From the IMG/VR virus record IMGVR_UViG_3300048855_000162, positions 1-44,117 of that record: DNA of 44,117 nt; one strand, 5' to 3'. The stretch is from a virus (lineage: Duplodnaviria; Caudoviricetes). The number at the start of each line of letters is the position of its first letter. The stretch's first letter is position 1. Below are positions 7,329 through 17,281 of this stretch, piece after piece. The notes under the pieces are model-generated. The model did no database searches. It saw nothing but the letters and a program-made list of their open reading frames with translations, and had not been told where the DNA came from. The position numbers were made by a program, and so were the translations under genes.

Positions 7329-8570
7329 TTGGACGCGATACATAACCCTGACCGTTTCATGGCTGACTTGCGGCAGGTCCTTTCTCAAGGGCGGAAGCGG
7401 GTTGGCATTTTGGTCGGCGCAGGAGCGCCGCTCTCCGTCCGTGTCGATGCCGAAGGGTGCATCGATCCCAATGGCACCGTTCTGATTCCAGGTGTCGAAC
7501 AACTAACCGATCGTGCGGTCGCCAAACTGACTGGCGACCACGCGATAGCCGCGGCGGCGATCCGAGCCGGGTTACCGAACGGCGGGAATATCGAGACCAT
7601 CCTCTCGCGCGTAAGGCTACTGCAGAGTGCCATCGGTGAAACACCGGTGCACGGCTTAACTGCCGCGGGCTATGAACAACTCGGACGTACGCTCTGCAGC
7701 GCCATCGGTGAGATTGTCGGAGCCAAGCTGCCCAAAGGACGCACACCTTATCATGAGCTAGTGGCTTGGATTAGCGGCACACAACGGCCGCACTCTGTAG
7801 AAGTGTTCACCACGAACTATGACCTTCTATTCGAAGAAGCTTTTGAGCTTGCTAAAGCCCCATACTTCGATGGATTCACCGGTGGTCACGCCCCCTTTTT
7901 TGACCCAGTCACCGTCGCGGGAGACGACCTGCCAGCACGTTGGTCCCGACTCTGGAAGCTGCACGGCTCGCTTGGTTGGCGGATCGAAAATGGCGTTGTC
8001 GTCAGATCGGGGGGCAACGAGTGCAGTGAGCTCGTTTATCCCGACCACCTGAAATACGACCTAACCCAGAAGCAGCCCTACTCGGCTCTATTTGAGCGAC
8101 TAAAGCGGTTCCTGCTGACGCCAGATACGCTGCTACTCACCACCGGCTTTTCCTTTCGCGACGCTCACATCAACGCGGTTCTGGACGAGGCGCTGGCGAT
8201 GAATGCTAACGCCGCGCTAATGGCGTTCCAATTTCAGTCGCTTGCTGCGGAAGAACCCGCCTGCAAACTAGCTTTCGAGCACCCCAACGTATCGGTCTAC
8301 GCGTCCGACGCCGCCGTAATCGGCGGTGTAGCCGGGCGCTGGCGGCCGGGTGATCCTCCCAAGAACTGGACGGAAATTCGGGCGAGCTTCTGGGGCAAGC
8401 GGTGGGGGAGCACAGAGTCCGTCTTCCTTCTCGGCGACTTCGCGGCTTTCTCCCGCTTCTGCGCGCTCTCCTACTCGACCGACCTTAGCCACCCGACAGG
8501 TCCCGGCTCGCTTACCTCCGAGATGCCAGTCGCCGACTCCTCCCAAATCGCTGTAGCGCCTTTGCCATGA
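7329..8570 (+). CDS. Sir2-family (SIR2_2) NADase of a Sir2-HerA defence system
   Basis: ILVGAGA, FTTNYDLLFE, KLHGS, GFSFRDAHIN motifs; TTG start (alternative ATG 7359). Confidence 0.9.
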   Translation: MDAIHNPDRFMADLRQVLSQGRKRVGILVGAGAPLSVRVDAEGCIDPNGTVLIPGVEQLTDRAVAKLTGDHAIAAAAIRAGLPNGGNIETILSRVRLLQSAIGETPVHGLTAAGYEQLGRTLCSAIGEIVGAKLPKGRTPYHELVAWISGTQRPHSVEVFTTNYDLLFEEAFELAKAPYFDGFTGGHAPFFDPVTVAGDDLPARWSRLWKLHGSLGWRIENGVVVRSGGNECSELVYPDHLKYDLTQKQPYSALFERLKRFLLTPDTLLLTTGFSFRDAHINAVLDEALAMNANAALMAFQFQSLAAEEPACKLAFEHPNVSVYASDAAVIGGVAGRWRPGDPPKNWTEIRASFWGKRWGSTESVFLLGDFAAFSRFCALSYSTDLSHPTGPGSLTSEMPVADSSQIAVAPLP

Positions 8571-10393
8571 GCGGCCGCGATCCCACCTACCTCGGACGCG
8601 TAAGCGCGGTTTCGGGAGCTTCAATCACCGTTAAATTGTCGGAGTCGCTCTCCTCCGGCTTGGCGATGATCGCCGGTCATACATATCGCGTCGGTCAGGT
8701 CGGTAGCTTCGTTCGTATCCCACTTGGCTATCAGGATCTATTCGGCGTCGTCGCAGAGGTAGGCGCGGCAAGTGTGGCGGCTAATGCGCCCGGACTGGAA
8801 GTCGATACGGGTCGCTGGATGCGGGTGGAACTCGCCGGCGAGGCTATCGGTGACAGGTTCGAGCGAGGGCTGAGCCAGCATCCTAACATCAACGACTCGG
8901 TACACATCGTGACCGAGCGCGACCTGCGTCGAATCTACGGAGGGGCCGACGACGACCAAGTAGTCATCGGTAGCCTGTCGAGCGCTGAAAACATCTCTGT
9001 CAGACTTGCGCTAGACGCGTTGGTGACAAGGCACTCGGCGATCCTCGGGTCGACGGGAGCGGGTAAGTCGACAACCGTCTCAAGCTTGTTGCGCTCGATC
9101 GTCGCTCCACCCGGAGTCGAGGGTTCGGGCGGTGCCCGCATCTTGCTCTTAGATGTTCATGGCGAATACTCTGCCGCCTTGAGCGATGTCGCGCGCACGT
9201 TTAGCGCAACACCTCAACCCGGTGAGCAGCCTCTCTATGTGCCGTATTGGGCGCTTGAGGCTGGAGAACTCCTCGAGTTCGTGGCGGGCGGGCTGAGCGA
9301 CACGCATCTCGTTGCTTTCACCGACAAGATCCAAGAGCTCAAAGAAGCACGCCTTCAGGCCGGACCTCTGCCAGGGCTGGACGTGCAATCGTTAACCGTC
9401 GACAGTCCAGTGCCTTTTTCCCTCAAACGCATGTGGCACGATCTCATCAACTTCGAGGTGACTACTTACACTGGACAACAGCGTGATCAGCCTTGTCTTG
9501 AAACGCCCGGTAATGCCGAGACGCTCACCGCACCTCGTTACACACCTCACGCGCTTGGATCGGCAGGTCCGTTCGTCAACCAATCCGCAAAAGGCATTCG
9601 CCGACAACTCAACTTGATCAGGTCCCGCCTGCTTGATCGCCGATATGAGTTCATCCTGCATCCGGGACCTTGGGAACCAGATCTGGACGGCAACACGCAA
9701 GAAGACTTAGACACGCTGCTGCAAGGTTGGCTCGGCCATGACCGACCGATCACAATCTTGGACCTTTCCGGCGTCCCGAGCTCGGTGCTGGTCCGGCTGA
9801 TCGGGTCCATTTTGCGGATCGTGTACGAAGCTCTCTATTGGAGCCGCGAAAAGTCAGAAGGTGGGGTGCTTCGCCCGCTGCTGGTTGTGATGGAGGAGGC
9901 GCACCGGTACGTCAGCCCGGAGAGCGGCAACGTCGCGGCCGACGTCGTTAAGCGGATCGCCAAAGAAGGCCGTAAGTACGGCGTGGGCGCCATGCTTGTT
10001 TCGCAGCGTCCGTCCGAAATCGATGAAACGGTGTTGTCGCAATGCGGCACCCTCGTCGCACTACGATTGACCAACCCCACCGATCGCGGACGCGTCAAAG
10101 GGGCGCTTCCAGACAACCTATCAGGCTTAATGGACCTCCTGCCTGTGCTTCGAACAGGCGAAGCCATAATCGCAGGCGAAGCGGCTCGGCTGCCTGTTCG
10201 CTGTCGTATCACTCTTCCCTCACCTGACCGTCGGCCAAAGAGCTGTGACCCAGATGTCAGCGTAGCTTGGCGCACGAGGCGCGTAGCGGAAGGCTATGAT
10301 CGTGTTGTGGCATCATGGCGCGCGCAACGCACGACCGCAGTCGTTCACGCGCAGGTCATTCCCCGCCAATCAGTACCGGAGGAGGAAGCATAA
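8567..10393 (+). CDS. HerA/FtsK-family ATPase (HAS barrel + ATPase)
   Basis: GQVGSFVRI, Walker A GSTGAGKS, LLDVHGEY, Walker B VVMEEAH, IAKEGRKYG, SQRP; ATGA overlap with sir2. Confidence 0.93.
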   Translation: MSGRDPTYLGRVSAVSGASITVKLSESLSSGLAMIAGHTYRVGQVGSFVRIPLGYQDLFGVVAEVGAASVAANAPGLEVDTGRWMRVELAGEAIGDRFERGLSQHPNINDSVHIVTERDLRRIYGGADDDQVVIGSLSSAENISVRLALDALVTRHSAILGSTGAGKSTTVSSLLRSIVAPPGVEGSGGARILLLDVHGEYSAALSDVARTFSATPQPGEQPLYVPYWALEAGELLEFVAGGLSDTHLVAFTDKIQELKEARLQAGPLPGLDVQSLTVDSPVPFSLKRMWHDLINFEVTTYTGQQRDQPCLETPGNAETLTAPRYTPHALGSAGPFVNQSAKGIRRQLNLIRSRLLDRRYEFILHPGPWEPDLDGNTQEDLDTLLQGWLGHDRPITILDLSGVPSSVLVRLIGSILRIVYEALYWSREKSEGGVLRPLLVVMEEAHRYVSPESGNVAADVVKRIAKEGRKYGVGAMLVSQRPSEIDETVLSQCGTLVALRLTNPTDRGRVKGALPDNLSGLMDLLPVLRTGEAIIAGEAARLPVRCRITLPSPDRRPKSCDPDVSVAWRTRRVAEGYDRVVASWRAQRTTAVVHAQVIPRQSVPEEEA

Positions 10394-10605
10394 TGGATCG
10401 TCAACTAGTTGCGTCGTCAAATGTCGTTTCTATCGGATACGACGAGCCAAGTGCTACTCTTGAGATCGAATTTCTTAATGGTGCGGTATACCAGTACTTC
10501 AATGTGGGCAGCGACCTTCACGCCCAGTTGATGGCCTCTCCGTCCAAAGGACAGTTCATGCACGCCTACATCCGCAATGCATATCCATTCTCTCGTGTGG
10601 GGTAG
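10393..10605 (+). CDS. KTSC domain protein (70 aa)
   Basis: V.SSNV.SIGYD....LEIEF.NG.VYQY.NV....LM.S.SKG.F...IR signature; TAATG overlap with herA; GGAGGA RBS. Confidence 0.9.
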   Translation: MDRQLVASSNVVSIGYDEPSATLEIEFLNGAVYQYFNVGSDLHAQLMASPSKGQFMHAYIRNAYPFSRVG

Positions 10606-10688
10606 CTGCCCGGCGTCCTTCCGAGCTACGACTAGACGCTCACACGGGCTATTTTCGCCACGGCGAACAATCTGATAACAAGAGGATA

Positions 10689-11771
10689 TTAGGTCTCGGT
10701 CGAAGGGGTTCCGGTCTTGGGGATTGGCACATAATGCCGATACTTCACTGCCTCGACGCCCAGCCAGTCGTTGATCTCAAGTGTCCGCATCATCAGCGGC
10801 TCGATCACGGTGTAGTGAAACGTGTTGGACGCCTCGACGATGTTTCCGAAGCCCCCGGCGTTCTTCGGCACGACACCCAGCAGGATCGGCGGGATCCTGT
10901 GCGCGGCTAGAATATCGTCGCGCGTCGTGTCCTTCACGCTGAGGAACTCGTCTTTAGCGGCTGCCTCGCCGATCGGCAGGATCTGCACCCCGTCCTTCTT
11001 GCCGCCGGGCGCATGGATGAACAAGTTCTTGAAATTGCCGACCCCTTTCGAGTCCTCGAGCGCTTCCTCCAGCGCGTCCGCGTCCTCGTCGCTCATGGTC
11101 GGTTCGGACAGGTAGAACACGAAGCCGGCATGGCTACCGTTTTGATAATAGCGTCGGCGGAATAGCGTCGCCTGCTCGTTGAGAAACGCTGCCTGCAGCG
11201 CCGACAGATATTCGGGGATCCCGTAGATCTCCTGCGCCAGGTCCGGTTCGAACAGCTGGAACACGCTGCCCGGTGCGAACTCCGTCGCCTCCTGCCAGCG
11301 CGGGACCCAGAAATAGCTGCCCTCTTCCCGACCGCGGCGCGTGTGGATCGCCGGCGAATGCACCAGCTTCAGCGGGCGGCCTGCGATGTTTTCGCGCCGC
11401 TCCAGGTAGCCGTTGCCCATGGTGAGGTAGTTGAGCACGAGTTCGCCGAAGTTGCGCCGGTCAAGCCACTTGGTCGGTTCGAACAGCCGTACCAGCTGGT
11501 CGCGCTTGTACTGGATAGCGCTCGAGTGATGCGCGGTGGCGCGGTAGGTCCGCGCCAGGCCGGACATGGGCAATGGCGGCTCGTACCAGCGGCCGTTCGC
11601 CCGGCACTCGGCGTACGCGATAAGGTCCCGGCGATCGAGCACCGCCTCGGCGTCGCCGAAGCGGAACGCGCGCATGCTGCGGCCGTTCGGCACCGTCGGC
11701 GCTCCCGCCGCCACCATCGCGCCGCCGGGTGCGCTCTCCGGATTGCCCAGGCTCGTTTCGGCCGTTGCCAT
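10689..11771 (-). CDS. Portal protein (P2 gpQ/PBSX family)
   Basis: WYEPP, HHSSAI..KR, QEIYGIPEY, ATLFRRRYYQNGSHAG, AAKDEFL, DILAAHRIPP. Confidence 0.95.
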   Translation of the reverse strand: MATAETSLGNPESAPGGAMVAAGAPTVPNGRSMRAFRFGDAEAVLDRRDLIAYAECRANGRWYEPPLPMSGLARTYRATAHHSSAIQYKRDQLVRLFEPTKWLDRRNFGELVLNYLTMGNGYLERRENIAGRPLKLVHSPAIHTRRGREEGSYFWVPRWQEATEFAPGSVFQLFEPDLAQEIYGIPEYLSALQAAFLNEQATLFRRRYYQNGSHAGFVFYLSEPTMSDEDADALEEALEDSKGVGNFKNLFIHAPGGKKDGVQILPIGEAAAKDEFLSVKDTTRDDILAAHRIPPILLGVVPKNAGGFGNIVEASNTFHYTVIEPLMMRTLEINDWLGVEAVKYRHYVPIPKTGTPSTET

Positions 11772-13587
11772 TGGGATAGGTCCTTACTCTGGTCTTGCGG
11801 GTGGTGGTATCGGTCGGATCGAGCGGCTCGTTCGCCAGCGCGTGCATGATCGCCCAGGCGAGGTCCGCGTGCCCGGTGTCGCCGGCGCGGCTCGCGACAT
11901 AGGTGACCTGGCGCTGGCTCTTCGTGAGCTCGGCGCGGATCGCCATGAAGCTGGACATGATGTCGCGCGCGCCCTGGTCGAACTCCAGGCGCTTCGCCTG
12001 CATGACGCTCTTGGCCTTCAGCACCATCTGCGTCTTGACCGGCACCGAATAGTCGATGCGCTTCGCGGTCGGGAAACGACGCTGCACCAGCTGGAACACC
12101 GACGCGCCAACGCCGGTGCTGTCGATGCCGATGTAGGTGACGTGGTAGCGGTCCAGCTGTTCGAGGATCTTGTCGGCTTGTTCCTGGAAGCCGAGCCCCT
12201 TCAGACGGTGCTTTTCGAGCACGCGGAACTTGCCGCCGGGCGTCTTCGGCGCCGCGACGATCACCAGCGCTGCGTCGTCGCCCGCGGCGCTCTCGGCCGG
12301 ATCGTAACCGATCCACACCTCGCCGTCCCGGTACGGCCGCAGCGCATACGGGTCGAAGTCCTTCGACCAGACGTCCCAGCTGTCGACCGCGCAGCCGCGC
12401 ATCAGCGCGAACGGGAACATCGACGAACTGTCGTCGACGAAGTTGCACATGAAGAGGTTGTCGAAGACGTCCGGCGCATAGCGCAGCTTCAGGCGGTCCA
12501 GGTTGAACAGCGTGCAGCCGCCGGCCTGCGCATCGAGGATGCTGACTTTTTGACGCCAGACGCCATCGGGTCCGACAACGCCGCGACGCAACGCCTCGTC
12601 CGACATGTCGAACTTCGCGCGGTCGGCCTTTGCGCGATCGCGGTTGAACTTCTCGCCACTCCACAGCGCGTGCGCCTGGTGCGCGACGGTCGACGGCGTC
12701 GAGAAATAGGTGATCCGGTAGCGCGCCTGGCTCGCCATGGCCGAGGCGACGTCGTCGATCTGCTCGAAGCCGTGGACCCAGAAAACCTCGTCGACGTAGA
12801 CGTCGCCGTGATAGCTCTGCGCCGTACGATAGTTGGTGCCCAGGAAGTAAAGCTTCGGCGACTCGCCGAGCGGCCCCTCGACATCGTCCAGGTCCAGCGT
12901 GATCGGATCGCCCTGCAGACTGACGCCCGTTACCTTCAGGACGAAATCGATGATGTACGCGCGGAAGTTGTTCGCCTGGGCACGACTGGCCGAGATGAAG
13001 ATCTGGTTGTTGCCGGTCTCGAGCAGGCGGATGAACGCCTCGCGAGCGAAGTAGTAGGTGGCGCCGATCTGGCGGCTCTTGAGGATGAAGCGGGTGGTGA
13101 GCGCGCTCGAGCCGAGCAGGTCGTCCTTCGGCCCGCGCCACTTCAGCTGATAGTCGAACAGGTCGTTTTCGAAGGCGTCGATGCACGCATGGATCTGCTC
13201 GGCGGTGAGGTGGTTCTTGCGCGCCTTCTTTTTCTCGCCGGCGTTCCGGTTCGCCACCTTGGGATTGAGGTCGCCCTCGTGCCCGTCGGGCGCACCATGC
13301 CGGCGCACTCGCGCCTGGCGCTCAAGCAGCCGGCCGAGCGCGTCCATCGTCTTGAAGTCGTGGCCGGTGTGGTGCTCCTTCCAGATGAGCAGCTGCAGCC
13401 GAGCCTCCAGCGCCTGGTCGACGCGCTCGAGCGGCGCCGCCTCGTCCCAACGATCGCGCGCCTTCCAGCTGCGCAGCGTGTTGGCGTTGAGCTCGAGCAT
13501 TTCCGCGATCTGCTCGCAGTCATAGCCCTGCCAGTAGAAGTGCTTGGCCTTGCGGCGTGCATCAAAGGGGGGCGTGGCCAGGATCAT
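11461..13587 (-). CDS. Terminase ATPase subunit (P2 gpP)
   Basis: LKSRQIGAT, VYVDEVFW, FSTPS, GYDPA, GHADLAWAIMHAL; start taken at MILATPP; frame runs on into the portal gene. Confidence 0.93.
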   Translation of the reverse strand: MILATPPFDARRKAKHFYWQGYDCEQIAEMLELNANTLRSWKARDRWDEAAPLERVDQALEARLQLLIWKEHHTGHDFKTMDALGRLLERQARVRRHGAPDGHEGDLNPKVANRNAGEKKKARKNHLTAEQIHACIDAFENDLFDYQLKWRGPKDDLLGSSALTTRFILKSRQIGATYYFAREAFIRLLETGNNQIFISASRAQANNFRAYIIDFVLKVTGVSLQGDPITLDLDDVEGPLGESPKLYFLGTNYRTAQSYHGDVYVDEVFWVHGFEQIDDVASAMASQARYRITYFSTPSTVAHQAHALWSGEKFNRDRAKADRAKFDMSDEALRRGVVGPDGVWRQKVSILDAQAGGCTLFNLDRLKLRYAPDVFDNLFMCNFVDDSSSMFPFALMRGCAVDSWDVWSKDFDPYALRPYRDGEVWIGYDPAESAAGDDAALVIVAAPKTPGGKFRVLEKHRLKGLGFQEQADKILEQLDRYHVTYIGIDSTGVGASVFQLVQRRFPTAKRIDYSVPVKTQMVLKAKSVMQAKRLEFDQGARDIMSSFMAIRAELTKSQRQVTYVASRAGDTGHADLAWAIMHALANEPLDPTDTTTRKTRVRTYPNGNGRNEPGQSGERTRRRDGGGGSADGAERPQHARVPLRRRRGGARSPGPYRVRRVPGERPLVRAAIAHVRPGADLPRHRASLERYPVQARPAGTAVRTDQVA

Positions 13588-13633
13588 CGGGGCGGACGCT
13601 AGACGCGGGCACCCAAGTCTTTCCCGCACCCGC

Positions 13634-13658
13634 TGTTGTAGGTGGGCGACCTACAACA
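13634..13658. promoter_or_regulatory. Late-promoter palindrome, likely Ogr site, between divergent P and O
   Basis: TGTTGTAGGT-GGGCG-ACCTACAACA perfect inverted repeat; same arms at 20127 and 25476. Confidence 0.8.
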
Positions 13659-13771
13659 CCCCCGCGTTGCGCCAGCGCGCGCTTCCCGCCCTTTTGCAGG
13701 CTCAGGACGCGGGCGGTTCCCTTCCCCGCCGCGCCGCGTCCACCCAACTTCCGCGGAGCGCGCGCACGACC

Positions 13772-14644
13772 ATGCCCAAGCTGTCCCAATTCTTCCGCAT
13801 CGCGACTGAGGGCGCGACCTGCGACGGCCGTACGATATCCCGCCAGGACATCGTCGACATGGCGGCGACCTACAAGCCGGTGACGTACACTGCCCGCGTC
13901 AACATGGAGCACCTGCGCGGGTATGTGCCCGGCGGCGACTTCGGCGCCTATGGCGACGTCGTTGCGCTCAAGACCGAAGAGATCGAGCTCGAGATCGGCG
14001 GCAAGAAGGAGAAGCGCCTGGCGCTGCTCGCGCAGGTCGACGCGCTGGACAACCTGGTCGAGCTCAACGGCAAGGGCCAGAAGCTGTACCCGTCCATCGA
14101 GATCAACCCGAACTTCGCCGACAGCGGCAAGGCGTACCTGCAGGGCCTGGCCATGACGGACAGCCCCGCATCGCTCGGCACCGAGATCATGCTGTTCGCC
14201 GCCGGCGCCGGCGACGCAAACCCGTTCGCCAAGCGCAAGCACGCGCCGGGCAACTTCTTCAGCGCCGTCGATGACGGCGTGGTCCTCGCATTTTCGGACG
14301 AAGCTGCAGGCGATCCGCCCAGCGACGTCACCACCGCAATCGGCACGATCCTGTCGTTCTTCACCGGGCGCGGGAAGCAGATGCCGGAGACGCCGGCGAC
14401 GCCTCCGGCACCGCCCGCCCCGCCGGAACCTGCCAACGACAACAACGAATTCAACCGACAGATGGGTGCGCTTGTCACCCAGGTGCAGAACCTCAGCACC
14501 AAGGTCGACGGCGTCGTCACCCGCTTCACCAAGCTCGAGCAGGACCACGCGGCGCTGCAGACGTCGGTCGAGAACACCGACAGCGGCACCCCGCGGCGCC
14601 CGGCTGCTGACGGCCGCGGCAACTACTCCCGCGCCGACTTCTAA
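13772..14644 (+). CDS. Capsid scaffolding/protease (P2 gpO)
   Basis: FFRIATEGATCDGR.I, ARVNMEH, GQKLYPSIE, YLQGLAMTDSPASLGTE. Confidence 0.93.
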   Translation: MPKLSQFFRIATEGATCDGRTISRQDIVDMAATYKPVTYTARVNMEHLRGYVPGGDFGAYGDVVALKTEEIELEIGGKKEKRLALLAQVDALDNLVELNGKGQKLYPSIEINPNFADSGKAYLQGLAMTDSPASLGTEIMLFAAGAGDANPFAKRKHAPGNFFSAVDDGVVLAFSDEAAGDPPSDVTTAIGTILSFFTGRGKQMPETPATPPAPPAPPEPANDNNEFNRQMGALVTQVQNLSTKVDGVVTRFTKLEQDHAALQTSVENTDSGTPRRPAADGRGNYSRADF

Positions 14645-14703
14645 AGCCGCCCCTTCCCCTTCCGACCACCGCGGCCGCCATCCGGCCGCTCCCGGAGACC
14701 ACG

Positions 14704-15729
14704 ATGCGCAACGACACCCGCGAGCTCTTCACCGCCTACGAAGAGAACATCGCCTCTCTCAACGGCGTGACCCGCGTCGACAAGACCTTCACCGTCGACC
14801 CGTCCATCGAGCAGAAGCTCGAGACCCGCGCCCAGGAATCGAGCGCCTTCCTGTCGCAGATCAACGTGTTCCCGGTCGACGAGCTCATGGGCGAGAAGAT
14901 CGGCATCACCATGGGCGGCCCCATCGCGAACCGCACCGACACCAGCGCCGGCGAGCGTCGCAACCCCGTCGACCCGACCGGGCTGGACGGGCTCGGCTAC
15001 GCGCTCGCGCAGACCAACTTCGACACCTACCTGCCCTACGGCAAGCTCGACGCCTGGGCCAAGTTCCCCGATTTCGAGACGCGCATCCAGGGCGCGATCC
15101 TCGAGCGGATCCAGCTGGATCGCATCATGATCGGCTTCAACGGCATCAGCGTGGCGAAACAGCACGATCCCGCCAAGACGCTGCTCCAGGACGTGAACAT
15201 CGGGTGGCTCGAGCAGCTGCGCCGCTTCAACCAGGCGCGCGTCATGGACGAGGGCGGCAAGGTCGCCGGCAAGGTCACCGTTGGAAAGGGCGGCGACTAT
15301 GCCACCGTCGACGCGCTGGTGTGGGACGCGGTGCAGTCGCTGCTGCCCAGCTGGGCGAAGGGCCGCACCGACCTGGTCGCGATCTGCGGCGCCGGGCTGC
15401 TGCACGACAAGTATTTCCCGCTCATCAACCAGGACGAGAAGCCGACCGAGCAGATCGCCCGCGACCTGATCCTGTCGTCGAAGCGCCTGGGCGGCCGCCA
15501 GGCGGCAGAGGTGCCGTTCATGATCGACAACGCGGTGCTGATCACGCCGTTCAAGAACCTGTCGCTCTACTACCAGAACGGCAAGCGTCGCCGGCATATC
15601 GTCGAGGAACCGCAGTACAACCGGGTCACCGACTACCAGTCCTCCAACGAGGGCTATGTCGTCGAGGATCTCGATCTCGCCTGCATGGTCGAGAACATCG
15701 AGATCCTGCCGGTCGCCGAGGAGGCCTGA
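14704..15729 (+). CDS. Major capsid protein (P2 gpN)
   Basis: MRNDTR, FTVDPSIEQKLE, QTNFDT, LDAWAKFPDF, LDRIMIGFNG, LLQDVNIGWL, SSNEGYVVED. Confidence 0.96.
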   Translation: MRNDTRELFTAYEENIASLNGVTRVDKTFTVDPSIEQKLETRAQESSAFLSQINVFPVDELMGEKIGITMGGPIANRTDTSAGERRNPVDPTGLDGLGYALAQTNFDTYLPYGKLDAWAKFPDFETRIQGAILERIQLDRIMIGFNGISVAKQHDPAKTLLQDVNIGWLEQLRRFNQARVMDEGGKVAGKVTVGKGGDYATVDALVWDAVQSLLPSWAKGRTDLVAICGAGLLHDKYFPLINQDEKPTEQIARDLILSSKRLGGRQAAEVPFMIDNAVLITPFKNLSLYYQNGKRRRHIVEEPQYNRVTDYQSSNEGYVVEDLDLACMVENIEILPVAEEA

Positions 15730-15733
15730 TCCG

Positions 15734-16486
15734 ATGGCGATGAGCCCCGCCAAGCGTCACCTCGCGCGCGCCGCTGCGCGCGTGGGGTCCGCCTCCACCC
15801 TGGCGATCGCGGCCGCGCGGCCGACCCCCGCCCAGGGCGAGTACCTGCTCCAGCGGGCAGCGCTTGGCGTGGATCTTCGCCAGCTAAAGGAAATTCAGTC
15901 GACCGAGGCGAAGGTCGAACTGAAGCGCAAGCTCCTCCCCGCCTACGATGCCTGGATCGAGGGCGTGCTCGCCGCCGATGCGGCCGGCAAGGGCGGCGCC
16001 CAGGACGACATCGTCACCCACATGCTGATCTGGCGCATCGACGTCGGCGACTACGAAGCGGCGCTGCCGCTCGCCGACTATGTCCTGCGCCACAACCTGA
16101 CCCTGCCCGAGCGCTTTAACCGCACTGCCGGCACACTGATCGCTGAAGAGACGGCCGAGGCTGCGCTCAAGGCGTTCGGGCAGGACCTCGACTTCGATCT
16201 CGACGTGCTCCGCCGCGTCGACGATCTGACCGAGATCCACGACATGCCCGACCAGGTTCGCGCGAAGCTCGAGAAGGCGTTGGGCTTCAAGATGGCCCGC
16301 ATCGCCGACGCCATGGAACCCGACGCCGACGGCGTCGCTGGCGGCAAGCGCGCCGCGCTCGAGCGGGCGATCAAGCACATGCGCCGTGCGCTCGAGCTCG
16401 ACACCAGCTGCGGCGTGAAGAAGGAAACCCAGCGCCTCGAGCGCGAGATCCGAAAGCTGGCCGCCGTCGATGGAGGCGACGCATGA
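15734..16486 (+). CDS. Terminase endonuclease subunit (P2 gpM)
   Basis: MSPAKRH, LKEIQS, QDDIV...IWRIDVGD, DMPDQVRAKL, GVKKE. Confidence 0.92.
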   Translation: MAMSPAKRHLARAAARVGSASTLAIAAARPTPAQGEYLLQRAALGVDLRQLKEIQSTEAKVELKRKLLPAYDAWIEGVLAADAAGKGGAQDDIVTHMLIWRIDVGDYEAALPLADYVLRHNLTLPERFNRTAGTLIAEETAEAALKAFGQDLDFDLDVLRRVDDLTEIHDMPDQVRAKLEKALGFKMARIADAMEPDADGVAGGKRAALERAIKHMRRALELDTSCGVKKETQRLEREIRKLAAVDGGDA

Positions 16487-16647
16487 TCGGCTTCCTGCTG
16501 CTGGCCGCGCTGGTCCTGGTCGTACTGCTGCTGCTCGGCGGTGTCTTCGTGCTGTGGTTGGAAATCGTCTTCCGGCTCGCGGTTTATCGGAGCCTTCGCG
16601 ACAACCCGCACCTCGTGCCGCGCGGCCCGCGCTCGGTCTGCGGCTGA
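16483..16647 (+). CDS. 54-aa membrane protein inserted between M and L
   Basis: MIGFLLLAALVLVVLLLLGGVFVLWLEIVFRLAVYRSLRDNPHLVPRGPRSVCG; ATGA overlap with M; GGAGG RBS; absent from ORF track. Confidence 0.55.
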   Translation: MIGFLLLAALVLVVLLLLGGVFVLWLEIVFRLAVYRSLRDNPHLVPRGPRSVCG

Positions 16648-16798
16648 TCCATGTTATTTTTCCCGCCCTCTCAGGAGGTCGGATCACCCTCTCGTCCCGC
16701 GAGCGCTCGGGGGGCGGTGTCGATCGACGGCGGACCGCAGGTCCTAACCGAAGATCGCTCCTCACCCCCCGCTAGCGACACCCTTTCAGGATCGCGCC

Positions 16799-17281
16799 AT
16801 GTCCGCCTTCGTCTCCACTCCGCCCGCCACGGCCGCGCCGGCGCCGGCGCCGATCGACGATGCGGTCCCGAACGATGGTTGGTATCCGCCGCTCTCATTG
16901 TCCGAGACGCGGGCCATCCTCGCAATCACCACCGCGATCCCCGACGCCCGCCTGCGCGACGCGCTGCAGGGCGCCATGCTGTCGATCAACCGTCAGCTTC
17001 GCACCTGGCGCGATGCCCGCCAGGCGGCCGGCGCCACGGATCTCGCATCGGCCGGCACTGATCGCGTCTCGGCGGCCGAGGTCGCGCTGCTCTATCCACG
17101 TGCGGTGCGCGCCGCGACCGCGGCCGAGCTCGTCGACCAGCAGCACCAGCTGTCCGCCACCGATGGCGGGCGCGAACGCGATGGCGTGATGGCCAGCCCG
17201 GCCGACGGGCACCGCCGCCTCGCCACGCATTGCGTCCGCGACATTCAGGGCAAGCGGCGCACCAAGGTGCGGCTCGTCTGA
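16799..17281 (+). CDS. Head completion protein (P2 gpL)
   Basis: NDGWYP.LSL, RLRDAL..A, Y.RAV, VRDI.G..RT.V.LV; position. Confidence 0.88.
   Translation: MSAFVSTPPATAAPAPAPIDDAVPNDGWYPPLSLSETRAILAITTAIPDARLRDALQGAMLSINRQLRTWRDARQAAGATDLASAGTDRVSAAEVALLYPRAVRAATAAELVDQQHQLSATDGGRERDGVMASPADGHRRLATHCVRDIQGKRRTKVRLV

Noticed and set aside
11369-13602. Long alternative-frame and antisense ORFs over terminase (similar ones over capsid, spike, sheath, tape measure and lon)
   Set aside because: Shadow ORFs expected in high-GC coding DNA; they overlap clearly conserved genes.
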